From Chromera velia (Eukaryota), in the NCBI GenBank assembly GCA_018398765.1, contig JAHBMJ010000343.1, positions 1-50,479 on the forward strand: a stretch of DNA of 50,479 bases, read 5' to 3'. Under the pieces are notes generated by a model. It searched no databases. It saw only the letters and a list, made by a program, of their open reading frames with translations, and was not told where the DNA came from. Shown here piece by piece: positions 36,120 to 48,269 of the stretch. A program made the translations under genes and the position numbers. How positions within the stretch are numbered: the stretch's first letter is position 1; the number at the start of each line of letters is the position of its first letter.

Positions 36120-37671
36120 TCACACGGCGGGGCAGAGGCCTTGCCCAATCGGACAGAGACCAGCACCGCAAGGGCACTCCGCGGTATCACACGGGCAAAG
36201 TCCGTCATTGCAGGGACAGAGACCAGCACCGCAAGGGCACTCCGCGGTGTCACACGGGCAGAGGCCCTCGTTGCAAGGACAGAGACCAGCACCGCAAGGA
36301 CAGATACCAAACGGGTCATTGCAAGGACAGTTCCCCTGAGCGCATGGACAGTCCCCCTGAGCGCAAGGGCAGATGCCGGTGCCACAAGGGCAGTTGCCTT
36401 GGTTGCAAGGACAGTCCCCCTGGTTGCAACCACACACGCCAGTACCACAAGGGCAGTTGCCTTGGTTGCAGGGACAGTCGCCTGAGTTGCAAAAACAGCA
36501 AATTCAATATAAATTTACGACAAAAGACGACAATATCGATATTGCAAGAAAATTGCTTTGAATTTGTGGATGACAAAGCACATGGTTTCTTTCCCCCATT
36601 CTCTTCATGGACGCAACAGACAAAAAGAAAGAAAGCAACAAAGAGAAAGGAACGTCACAACAACTCAGACAAAGTGGGCAGGGGGCCCGAAAGGTGAGAG
36701 TTAAGCGCCCCTTGCCTCTCAACCTCCCGACAGGACTTCACATGATCACTTGTCGTCACACGCTACTTCTTGCTGCTTCCACCCAAGACAAGAGAGAAGA
36801 TTGCAAAAACAGTAAAAACCCCATTGACAAAATTGCAACAAAAGACAACAATATCATTGCAAGAAAATTGTTTTGAATCCGCGGAAGACAGACCTGCGTT
36901 GCAAGGACAGTTGCCTGAGTTGCAGGGACAGAGCCCCTGATTGCAAGGACAGTCGCCCTGGTTGCAAGGACAGTTGCCTGAGTTGCAGGGACAGAGCCCT
37001 TGATTGCAAGGACAGTCGCCTTCGTTGCAGGGACAGTTTCCGGTAGCACAGGGGCAGTCTCCTTGGTTGCACGGACAGAGGCCGCTCCCACACTGACAGT
37101 CTCCTTGCGCACAAGGACACAGACCTGAGTTGCAAGCACACGGATCTGCCGCGTCGTTTGTACAAGTACAGAGACCCTGATTGCAAGGACAGTTTCCCGC
37201 AGTGCCGCATAGGCACGGGTCGTTCGGGTCTTTACTGCATTGGCAGTTGCCTTGGTTGCAGGGACACGTCTCCGTACCGCAAGGACACTCGTCCGTCTTG
37301 CAGGGACAAGGACCTGTGCCGCAAAGACAGTGATCCGTGCCGCAAGGGCAGTCTGCTGTGCCGCAGGGACGCTGTTTCGTACCGCAAGGAACTTTGTCCT
37401 TCGTCCTCGACTTCGGGCCGGCGTCTTTGCCCTCGTTGGTCTTCGTGAAGTCAAAGATGTCCTTGTCAAATTGCATTCCTTTGAACAAGTCTGCGAACAA
37501 ATATTATACATGGATGGGCAGGAGAGAGCTCGTTTTATCTCCGTGTTTTGAGGCGAGGTCCCGCTATAATCAGCTTCAATTCAATTCGTGCGCCTCACCT
37601 TGTAGCTTTTCCTGATCCAGGGCGGCAAACGCCACCGTCCCCACCAGGAGGCCAAAAAGAACCTTCAGCAT
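36120..37671 (-). CDS. Secreted cysteine-rich protein with CxCxxGx heptad repeats; exons 37671-37599, 37490-36894 and 36481-36120 (343 aa)
   Basis: Exon 1 encodes the signal-like MLKVLFGLLVGTVAFAA. Both introns are GT-AG and phase 1, and the joined length is 1032 nt in one open frame. About 40 CxC heptads such as CPCNQGD and CPCGAGL. Confidence 0.85.
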
Positions 37672-38480
37672 TCCGGACGCAACAGTGTGAACGAAAACGG
37701 AGTTGCCAACTCGCGAACACCTTTCTCTATTCTTGTCCTGGCTTCTGGTTGCCCTTGACTTCTCCTTCTTCCAACTTATAGAAGTGAGAGCTGTTCACGA
37801 TTGATTGAATCTGATGATCGGGGTTTTCACGATTGACTGAACGGTTTTTCTTGCGGTTGCATATGCTATCAATGAATTGTCATGAACTCGTTGTTCCACG
37901 ACATTCCACGACACAGATCAGCAGATGATCAGCAATGATTGATCAGCAGTCTGATGAATACTTTGTACGACGGAGACGGTGTATCCTGAGATATCCTGAG
38001 TGCGTGACGCAGTCTGAGCGGCATGCAGTCGAACGCATGCATGCACTCCGTGCGAATGGCCTGGAAGGCGCGAATTCTTAAATGAGCCTCACCCTCATGC
38101 ATCTTTACGGGGCCAAAAAGTCTGATCAGTCTGCATCCAGCAGCTCAGCTGTACTGCAGGAGCTGAAAGTGTTGTTTGTTAAGATCGAAGCAAAAGCTTC
38201 ACGACTGACAGAAACAAACTTTGAAAAAGGTGGATTGCCTTCAGACATACGGTATCAGCACGATCAAGCGGGCAAAGGAAACAGCTCTTTGCCTTTTGGC
38301 TTCAGGATTGCCTCCCTGAGTTGCACTGTTGCACAAATTGCGCTTACTGCTCAACTGGGAAAATGCACATGTTTCACTCTGTCAGAAAAGCCCTTGTTGG
38401 GCTGATCTCTGACGGCAAAGAAGTCAGTTCCACGTATGGCTCGACGTTGAGGTTTCGGCAGGCTTCTTCCCCGCGCTCTC

Positions 38481-40613
38481 ATGCATCTTCTTGATCTGTT
38501 TGCAAGTGCCTTGTCAGTGTTTCCACTAACTTCTTCACATGGTCATCCTTTTGTTCGCTTCCTTGCTTTTCCTTTACGCCAACATTTGTGTCGTGGAGAG
38601 TCCCAGAACACACATCTCCCTTCCTACCCTTCCCCTTGTGCCTCTTCTTCCCCCCTCATGCAGGAAACAACACCTGAAAAGTGGACAGAGACGGACACGG
38701 ATGCCGAAACGGAGACGGAGACCCCCCTCAATCGTCTCTCTCTCGAGGTGAACCAGGAGAGTTTTACAGATCCGGATTCCGGAACAGATTCTGGATCGAC
38801 TGATGATGATTGTCTGCTGTCCCCCTCTTTCCTCCGCTTCAAACGGCCGTTTCGAAGCCTCCCACCCAGCAGTGTGCTGTCTCCTGCAGCAGAGCAAGAG
38901 ATGGGAGCGACGTCAGATTCCGGGTCTGAATCCGACAGTGTCAGCACGACGTGGTCTGATAGGGCAATCGGACAGTCCCAAAAGTCTCTTGCACTGTGCG
39001 AGGACCTGATGAGAATGTGTGAGAACATGCACAGAGAGAGAGAGCACTACAGAATGAAGGCGGAGGAAGAAGAAAGAAGGGCTGAGGCCGCCGAATTTTT
39101 CCTGCAGCAAGCACTGACACAACTACAGACATTGCGAATAAAGAGAAAAGGAGAAGATCGGCCACTTCTGCACGAAGGAGAAAGGGAACTTCTACCCGCT
39201 TCTCCTCAGTCTTCCAACAGTCCTCATCAAGAAGAGAGAGAGCAGATCCAACCCTTGAGTCATCTCTTTCCTGCCGCTGTACAGGGAGACGGTGATTGTC
39301 AAGATCTCTCACCCCCCCTTCACTCTAGGTCTGGCCCTGCTTCTGACCCCCCGATTTCCGTCTCTCCTTTGCTGCACAGTTTTTCTAACCGCATGACTCA
39401 GCCGCAAGCAGCTCCTCCCAGTGTCTCCTCAGCAACTGACAGTGTGGGGGTCGAAGGGGAAAGGGAAACACTAGTGAACATCTGCCTGGAAGAAGAAGAA
39501 GAAGAATGGGAGGAGGGTGTGCTCTGTTCTTCCAGTGAAGCAACTGCTTTTAGTTCTTTCTTTGTCGCTCTCTGTGCTGATAATGTGCTTCCTGTAGTGA
39601 GGACGCACCTGGGGAGACGGCTTGAGAGTGACGAGATTTTTTGGGAAGACAGGAGAGAAGAGAGTCAGCAGTTGGAGTCGTCGTCCTTTCTTTCTGAGGG
39701 GGGAAGAGAGGACACGCTGACGGCGTTCTTGCAGCAGTCAGAGATGCAGAAGGCGAGAGTGGAGGCGAGCATCCCTCCGCTGATTGAAATGCTCAGGAAG
39801 ACAGAAGATACTCTCTCTACGGTGAGAGAGTCGTTCAATGAGAGCGAGAGAGAAAGGAGGAGGTTGGAAAGAGAGTTTGAGGGGGAAAAGGAGAAAAGAG
39901 AGGAGGCCGGTAGAGAAGTCGCACACCTGAAGAAAATCTCTCAAAAGCAGCAGCAACAAATTGACGAATTGTATCAGGAGAGGAGAGGGAGGGAAAGGGA
40001 GAGGGAAAACCTGATGCAGAGGGAGCGAAACCTGCGCCTCTCTCTGCAGTCGATACAGTCAAGCTCCGGGAAGGAGAGGGAAACCAAAGATATAGTCAGT
40101 CTCTGGCAAAGGATGTACGTGCAGAATATCATCGATCAGAAGAATCATGTACAGAATATCACCGCTCAGACATCCTTTTTCAAAGCAGAAATAAAAGGAC
40201 GCATGATCGAAGAGAAAGAATGCCAAGCAGGCATAGAGATCGAGGAGTCAATCCGCAGACCTGAATTCACGAAGGGAAGAACAAAGTCTGCAATGCAGTC
40301 TTACAAACATGCACACAGATGTATGTATGCACACACATACCCACACGCCCTCACATACACATATACACACACACATATACATACACGCACGCACGCTCGC
40401 ACGCGCACACGCACACACACATACACACACACACTCACACTAATTTTGCTGATCTTCGCTTTCCTTCCCTCTCTTTAGTTTCTGATTGACGTTCATGTCT
40501 CCAATCTGTCCTTGTTGACTATGTACTGAACGCTGCAGCTGATTGCGTCGTTGCGAGAGGGACTTCTCCGATCACTTGAAGGAGCCAGTCCGACCCTTGC
40601 AGCTGTCCTTTGA
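38481..40613 (+). CDS. Acidic, low-complexity coiled-coil protein of unknown function; intron 40095-40538; 5' end uncertain
   Basis: Long open frame with E/R/Q-rich helices. A GTCAGT donor at 40095 and TGCAG acceptor at 40538 give an in-frame [25 protein letters not shown] possible acceptor at ~38663 suggests an upstream exon. Confidence 0.75.
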
Positions 40614-41779
40614 CGGAGGCGGTCCGAATTTCGAGGTTTGACGGAGACGCAGGGGTTGGGCATTTATTTATTTGGTAACGTCGATCGATCGTCTCTCGAT
40701 CATCGAGAGGTGGGTGTCGGGTGTCTGTCCTCCGGTCAAGTGCCTTGAGAAAACCGAAGGGGTTGAGTCTTCGAGGGAGGATTCATAGGGGTGGATGGAG
40801 ACGGCTACTCTCTGCTCTGAAACTCGATCCGGCCTTCGCCCGGCAAGGTCGAGACGTTAATTCTGGCGCATGCAGGTGCATGCAGAGTTCTTTCTTGACA
40901 CACGCAGGCAGGGGGGGCAAGGGTGAGGGGGGGCGTGTATAGATCCATCTGGCCCCTTCGACAGCTAGAATCTTTCCTTCCTTGGATTCTTCTCCCTTAG
41001 CACTGCCGGCCCCTCTGTTGAAGAGGAGTGTGGGTCCAAATTTCAACAAGGGTCGATTGTGTGTGATTGGAGTCACCTGTCTGTGCATGTTGAGAGAAGG
41101 GGAAAAGATGTGACGAGAGAGTGGGACACATGAAGAGAAGGAGGGCTTCTCTCGGGTAATTGATTCATGCAGCAGTGCATTCATTCATTCAGATCATGGT
41201 GCTCTTCCTTCTCTTTCACCACTTCTAAGCTGCATGCCTGGTAATTATCTTATCTCGATCATGCATCCGTCATCCCTTCTTTCTTTAAGTTTGACCTTTT
41301 CCTTTCTTCTGTCTAGCTCACCTGGAACGTACCTTCCTGAACGACAGTCAGTCGAACGACTTTCTTTCCCCTCTTCCGTCGCATCTGACATTCAAAAGGG
41401 CAGCTTGACTGAAAACGGCATCTGTCTGTTAAGGCGGAAAAAGAAGATGGAGGCACATGAAGACATGAAACTCTCTCAGCGAAAGGTCTTTCCCCTGAAA
41501 AGAAAACTTAGTCAGAGAGGGTGGATGAGTTCGGATGGAGAGGTCGCACGCGAGGATTTTCACACGGCCTTTTGTCTGTCTGTTTGTCTTTCAGTCTGCT
41601 TCTCTGTCTGACTGACTGTCCAGCACATTCTTTAGACGTCAGTCTGTGGGTAAGGGCAGGGAAGGAGTTCCATGCGTACGTCGATCGGCATGGCCTGCTT
41701 GAGAAGAAGATGCACAAGTGACAAGCAAAGATGGTTAAGTCAGTGGATTTCCCTAGGGATTTCCCGATGAATTTATCTT

Positions 41780-43245
41780 GTCTGTTTCCTCCTTCCTTGT
41801 CTTCTATTGCGTGATTTGTGCTGTATGCGTCGTTTTTGTCCGAACTTGGTCTCAAATGACCTCCTGGGTTCCAAATAATAAATCAATACCTCCCTTTCCC
41901 TCTTTCCCTCTTTTCCTCCCTCCATCCCTTCCTTCCTTCCTCAGCATTTCGACTGACGGCTGGTTTCTTCACCTTCGTCTTCTCTCCTCTCCTCTCCTCT
42001 CCTCTCCTCCCCCTTCTTCGCCTCTTGAGTTATCGATGGTATGAATGAATGAAGGAGGGAAGGCGAATTCATCCGTTCAATTTGGCAACTTCCCCGACTG
42101 GGTATACAGCAAGGGGAGGGAGATTATGGAGGGCACTTGCAATGAATTCAGGACACACGCAGCTTCTCTTCTCTTCTCTTTCATCTCTTCGTCTAGCTCT
42201 CCTCTTCCTTCTGCATTGCAGAAAGCAAGGCAGACCCAGGGATAAGGGCAGGGCACATGCAATCGGGGCGGAAACAGGGAGAGTTTCTCGGCAATGACCA
42301 TGCATACAGCGGTCGACGCGTCGTTGAATTCCTCTGTCCTTCTAGCTCTCTTTCCTTCTCCTCTTTCTCTCTTGATAGAATCTACTTCCTTGTACTCTAC
42401 TGCTTCAACTGTGTTGTATACGTCGTTTTTGTCAGAACATACCTGGGTTTGAATTGGTAAATTGATTCCTCCGTCTCCCTCCCTTCCTCCCTCCATCCCT
42501 TCCTTCCTTCCTTCCTTCCTCAGCATTTCGACTGACGGCTCGTTTCTTCACCTTCGTCTCCTCTCCTCTCATCTCCTCTGTCCTCTTCTTGCCCTCATGA
42601 GTGATCGATCGAATGAACGTAGGAAGGAACGAACGAATGAATGAATGAATGAATGAATGAATAGACAAAGGAGGGAAGAGGAGGTCATCCAACTGCCCCC
42701 ACTGGGTACATAGCAAGGGGAGGGGGTTTATGGAGGGCACTAAGTCTTGCACTGAATTCACTGCAGCATCGATCATCCAATTCACACTGACGGCTTATCT
42801 CCTCTTTCACCTTTCCGTCTCTCTTCTGTATTAAAGGAAGCAGGGAGAGTAGGGAGAAGGACACGGTGCGATCAGTGGGGATGCGTCTTCCCTCAGGTTC
42901 CCTGCATGTTCCTGTCTTTCTTTCTATCGAACAAAGGAAGGAAGGAAGGAAGGAAGGAATGGATCAGTCTGTTGTTGTATTTTATTCTTTTGTATTTTAT
43001 TGCTTGCGTTGTATTGTATGCGTTGACTCTGCTCCGATCTTTCTTTCGCTTGAATGGCCTCCCTGATTCATCTGGAGGATGATCGAATGACTTCCTCTCT
43101 TTCGTTGTTTGCTTACTTGTTTTACTGGCATCATCATTTAGACTGATTGGTGGTCTCTCATCATATCCTCTTCTCTCCTATCTCATCTGACCTTAGATTG
43201 GATACATAGTCACTGAATTTACAGCACTTATAGCTCCTCTACCCT
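41780..43245. repeat. Dispersed repeat, copy 2, extending ~80 bp further left with a third partial unit
   Basis: Matches 30281-31560; 41790-41850 resembles 42385-42440. Confidence 0.9.
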
Positions 43246-43293
43246 CTTTTTGCCCATTCTTTTAGTACAAAGGGTAGCCTTTGTTAAAGGAAC

Positions 43294-43706
43294 ATTTTTT
43301 TTCATAAACTATAAAGAGTTAGAAGTTGAAACTAACAGTGCTTATACATCTGGGGCCATGTAAAAATTCATTTGAGTGTCAGTGGCATGCAAACGGGCTC
43401 TAAGGGGGAGGAGGGGTCTTTGCGTGCCAGTCAAGCAAAAATGACCGTTCTTCTCCACTATTTACCACTATTAAAACACATTTTTAAGTTAAAAAAACGA
43501 GGTTTTCCATTTTTTTACTAAGAGGGGTTGCGTACCGCTGTCGTGGAACGTAGGAGGAGGAGGGGGGGTCTTGCATACTATTGTGTACCACTGACACTCA
43601 AATAAATTTTTACATGGCCCCTAGACTTGACCTAGCTCTTAACTTAACTTACAAGCGTTAACTGTCAGTTTAAGCTTCTAACTCTTTATAGTTAACGAAA
43701 AAAAAT
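43294..43706. mobile_element. Foldback MITE-like element with 90-120-bp imperfect arms
   Basis: aactataaagagttagaag and ggggccatgtaaaaattYatttgagtgtcagtgg occur inverted at 43294-43385 and 43588-43706. Confidence 0.7.
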
Positions 43707-43795
43707 TGCATAAAAATTGATATCAAAAATTAAAAGTGTATAAAAAATTGATATCATTATCATTTTTTTATATATTTTTTTGGTATACTTTTATA

Positions 43796-43955
43796 GCAGC
43801 GGCCAGGGTAACAGACTCTGGCGGGCCCCGAGGGTGGGGTCTGATCCCTCAGCTTAGGCTGGGGAACGCCCTTCCTTGCTAGCTCTGGCGACAGATAGAC
43901 ATAGCGGGAAGGCCCTAGCCCCCTAGGGAGGAACATATCAATCAATCAATCAATC
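43796..43955 (+). mobile_element. Possible 3' end of a 5'-truncated LINE/SINE with an (ATCA)n tail
   Basis: A 140-bp GC-rich island in AT-rich DNA ending in atcaatcaatcaatcaatc. No TSD seen. Confidence 0.35.
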
Positions 43956-45006
43956 TATGAGGTAAGTCATTCGTAAAATATAAAATTTTTCCCAGTTCTC
44001 AGGTATGAATGAATCTACACAACCTTAAACATATCTAGACACAACCCTAAGTTGAACCATTTTAAAAAATATTATTCAAAACTACTTCAAAGATAAATAT
44101 TAGAATGAAATAAATTTAAAAGGCATACATCTAGATTCTGAAACGTATTCATGATTGAACAATAATCATTTGGTTGATTTATTGAGATCCACTACATACG
44201 TTAATCTCTCGAAGGCTTTAAAATTTCTCTCATTTAAGCCCTCTTGAACCAGCAATTGATTAGTGAATTAGATTAAATAGCAAAGATCGCCAGGCTTGAG
44301 GCTCTCTTACATGGTCTTGTAATGTTCTAGAAGTATGCTGCTCCTGTTCTTTGCTTGTCGATGCGCACTTCTTTTATCTCTTTCCGTTTGGTAAGGGGCG
44401 CATGCCGAGCGAATTGATTTTTAAAGCGCGTAAGTCCCCATCCGGATCCTTAAATGCTGTGCGCGCCACCACTGGTCAGCTCGCCTCACGCATGATATTC
44501 ATCTTTCCATGCGCTTCTCTCTTTGACTGATCCCGGCTCGCCTCTCCTGTCAGTGATTGCACGTTGAGTGACGCATGCTGAGTTCCGATTGTTTATGCAA
44601 GTGATTGCCATCTCTGGAACTTTTTCACTTCTTGTTTGGGGCTTTCCGGGGTTCCCGCACGCAGGGACTCCGTCAGGCGTCTCCTCTTGCATCTATTTTG
44701 ACTCACAAAATTTCTGATTGTTTCATCCCGATCGATTGCTAGAATTGAACGTTTCTCCTCTCGGAGTGGCTCTCTGCTTGCCATTCTGTAACGACTTTCT
44801 CTGGAATAAGGACCTACGGATCGATTTCTTCGTGAGTCTTTATTTCTGTCTTCGTGTGTAGCTAGATATTCATTCTTATAGTCTAGCACACATCTCGGGT
44901 CTATTGATCAAGTGTGCAACACTCCTGAAAGCGATGGGCAAGAAGTCAAAGAGATTCTTTGAATGTGTATCCAGAAGACCGCAGAAGGCCTCCGTGGCAA
45001 GCCCTT

Positions 45007-46385
45007 TTACACTTCGTTTAGACGGGAGTCAGTAACCTGCAGGACAATTTGGCACGAGGCTACGAGCTAGCACGAGGCATACAAGTCTTTTACGCCGACG
45101 CAGGATAGACGACAAACCGTGATGAGTCCAGAAAGCGTGTGTGAAAAATAGTCGCGTCTACTTGTTTGCACTGGATATTAAAATAATTTCCTTCGTAGGG
45201 GCTTGCGATGAAAAGAAAAAACAAGAGATTCATAAGACCAGTCCTTTGCTTACCTCTCCAATGCCAGCAGGTACTGGCACTCGTGCGTGCAGGTCATCTC
45301 CAACTCTCTGAAACCTAGCATGTGGCTTCTCCTTCAACACAAACACAATGTCCCGAGGAACACCTCCAGGCACGTCCACGTCCCCCTCTCCCGCGAAGGT
45401 GATCTTCGTCCCCGCCTTCCAGCCCTGCATACAAATATGATGGAGCCAATGTGCTTCAGTGAAATGGATTCGACCAGGGCCCGCAAGAAATACGATGAAA
45501 TTCATTTCTTTGATCCACTGAGACTGTGTGGGGGCGCCCAACAAAGTACCGTGATGTACCATGATGACCAGAATCGAAGGTGAATAAAGGTCCCTTTGAC
45601 GAACGGCCTCTCGGAATGCTGAGCGGGAGAGGAAAAATTCAAATGATGAAGCAAAACATGTTTCTGGCTAGGGGACTTAGTCTATGCGGAGGTCTGAGTG
45701 TGCCTTCCTAAGCAATTCGTTTCTCAGTGATCAAGTATACGGATCTGTCTCCTTCTCCGGTCTGCTTCTGTATCCCCCGTTCTCTTTACCAATGGTGTGC
45801 GGTGCCACCCTGCCATCACCCCTGCATAGGTCTTTCTATTCGAGTGCATAGGGGCTCACTGACTAATGAAATGCCTGGACGTACTGACAGGGACGATCTC
45901 TATGTGGAGAAGGGTAGACTCCTGGAATGGCGAGAACCCCTCGAACCGCCTCCTTATGACCTTCAGTTTCTTCGTCTTGCCGCTGCATCTCAGAGCGCAC
46001 AAAGTAGGGGGCTGTGATGAAACCACGCATATAAACAACACTCTTGTACAGAGTCTTTCGAGGTTTTCGACAATTAATCGAAGAAGTGAAATGAGTGCAG
46101 GCATCATGATGGTCAATGTAGTGCTGAAAGCCTGCCAAGAGTCTGTGCCTTTGCCGGCAAAAATAAATCTAAAACCTCAACTGTGCCGCGCAAAAAGTTA
46201 CCTGAACAAAATCGAAGGCGGTCCTTTGCAGCTTTCTACACGAGGAAGACAAAACCTAGGACAAAACACAGGAGATAAGCTTACATAAAAGAAGAAAAGC
46301 CTCGTGACGGTTGAGAGTGGGTGCGCACGCACACATACATACACACACACACACACATACACACACACACACACACATACACACA

Positions 46386-46429
<44 letters not shown>

Positions 46430-46804
46430 CATACATACGCACACACACACATGCACATATATACACACACATACACACACACACACACACACATACACAC
46501 GTACTCAGACGCACATACACATACACACACACACCGAATGGCACCTGACACAGGCGAACGCACACGAGAACAGAGAGAGAAAGTACTACATTGTCACAGC
46601 AGACAGAGACAGATGTAAACACACAGGTATTGACAGAGAGAATGGGAAACGTCCAGTGGCACTCGACTGATAGATAGAGTTCCTCCAGGCCACAGCTTAG
46701 CTCCACTTCCTGAGCGTCTCTCCCTCTTCCCGTTGGGCGGAACCTACTGTTCCAGGCGCCGTCGAAAGAGACGTTACGCGGGGCTGCCAGTGGTAGGGAG
46801 GCTT
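45007..46804 (-). CDS. Hsp40/DnaJ class B C-terminal domain exons (~46804-46663, 45982-45889, 45424-45254, probable 45036-45007); no J-domain seen
   Basis: VELSCGLEELY / GKTKKLKVIRRR...LHIEIVP / GWKAGTKITFAGEGD..PG..PRDIVFVLKEKPHARFQRVGDDL. Splice sites are canonical, but the first donor is uncertain. Confidence 0.8.
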
Positions 46805-47183
46805 CTGCAAGACCTTGATAAAACAAGCACACAGAGAAAATCACATCAGGGAACGCAATACTGGGAGCTAGGTTGGGATGCGGTTCAGTCGGGTTAGGTG
46901 AACGAAGGCAGTGCGCACCTTTCTATACCACCACTGCTCTCAATTTACGTACAAGCGTCGAGAGTCAGAAGAGGAAGAAGGGAAAAAGAAAGAGTGAATC
47001 AGCCACTCGCTGCCCTTGTATGTGCCGATGCTGATTATTTCAAATGCGGACATCACATTCGATCTGTTTAAACTTTCGATCCTGGAACAGCATGGCATGT
47101 CCGTCCCAAGATGTGCTTACGTAGCCCGTGCTCTTTTCTTTTTCTGTATGAAGAATCCGACAGTCGCTCACAGTGCATAGCTA

Positions 47184-48269
47184 TCATAGGCACCTGTCTG
47201 TCTGTCTTGCCAACTTTGCAAAAGCCAACTTGCCTTTTCTAGGCCTCTTTCTCTCTCTCCCCTCCTCCGCCTCCCCTTCATGGCCTCCCCCGCTGTCTGT
47301 GAGGGTGTCCGGGTCCATGTGTACGGAAGGCGAACAGACGGATGCGAGGCTTTGGACAACCTCCTCCATCAAAGGGCGGACTTTCGGTGCCGTACTCATT
47401 CCTCGCTCGAGAAGATCTGCCACTTTCTCAGCACTGTGCTCAGAAAGCCCCCACGGGTACAGTGATCGACCTCCGAACTGTCCAGTCACCCCATCTCCCC
47501 CGGTCACACGAGAGAGAAGAGAAGAAAGACGAGTTTTCATATCGTTTTCAAGCAGCTGAATACTCATGCAAGAGAACGAGTATGTGTCTGAGAGGCAACT
47601 GGGAGGCTCAGTTCCCTTCGGAGGGTCATCCAGCTCACTCTGGAGCACCTCCGGGGCCGCGTACTCCTTGGTGTACTCTCTGATGGGATCTCCCGAGGCA
47701 GCAACCCCCCCAAAGTCCGCCAGTTTTACAGTCACCTCCACACTGTAGCTCCGCTTGTTCCCCGGATAGCCCTCGTTCATCAAGGGCCGAATGTTCTGGA
47801 CCACCAGAAAGTTTTCCGGCTTCACATCTCCATGGTACACATTTTTGGTAGTCCGTCTCGTCTTGCAGTTGGCATCTTTTCCTTTGTAGTCATGGAGATG
47901 GTTCAGGCCGGTCGCGGCCTGAAGTAGAAGGCTAATTATCTTTGGGGAGTTGTGAGTGTCTGTCAGTTTCTTCACATACTTCCTGAGATCGCACTCACAC
48001 CTCTCAAGTACGATCGCGGGGCCTTTCGGACTCTCTCGACAGAAGCCGAACGTTTGAATGACGTGTGGGTGGCGTATGGTGAAGAGAATCTCCGACTCCG
48101 TCTCAAAGTTCTTTCTCGCCTCTTTATCGTCCTCGTTCCCATTCTTTCGCAGTACTTTGATCGCACACTTAGCTCCATCATACTTTCCAGAATAGACATC
48201 TGCGAAACCCCCGGAGCCGAGGTTTTTAGAGAAGGCAAGAGATTCAGGTGCAATGATCCGTTTCTTCAT
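47184..48269 (-). CDS. Protein kinase, TKL-like and non-RD
   Basis: LGSGGFADVY, CAIK, alpha-C Glu (FETESEIL), HGDVKPENFL, KLADFG, YAAPE, DTYSF and RP near the end. The catalytic domain is intronless. Confidence 0.95.
   Translation of the reverse strand: MKKRIIAPESLAFSKNLGSGGFADVYSGKYDGAKCAIKVLRKNGNEDDKEARKNFETESEILFTIRHPHVIQTFGFCRESPKGPAIVLERCECDLRKYVKKLTDTHNSPKIISLLLQAATGLNHLHDYKGKDANCKTRRTTKNVYHGDVKPENFLVVQNIRPLMNEGYPGNKRSYSVEVTVKLADFGGVAASGDPIREYTKEYAAPEVLQSELDDPPKGTEPPSCLSDTYSFSCMSIQLLENDMKTRLSSLLSRVTGGDGVTGQFGGRSLYPWGLSEHSAEKVADLLERGMSTAPKVRPLMEEVVQSLASVCSPSVHMDPDTLTDSGGGHEGEAEEGRERKRPRKGKLAFAKLARQTDRCL

Noticed and set aside
40095..40478. C-terminal ~127 codons of the 665-aa ORF
   Set aside because: Read-through into an intron with a (CA)n tract; a spliced terminal exon at 40539-40613 fits better.
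46870..46890. HPN tripeptide on the minus strand as a J-domain HPD remnant
   Set aside because: No surrounding J-domain helices; the sequence looks intronic.
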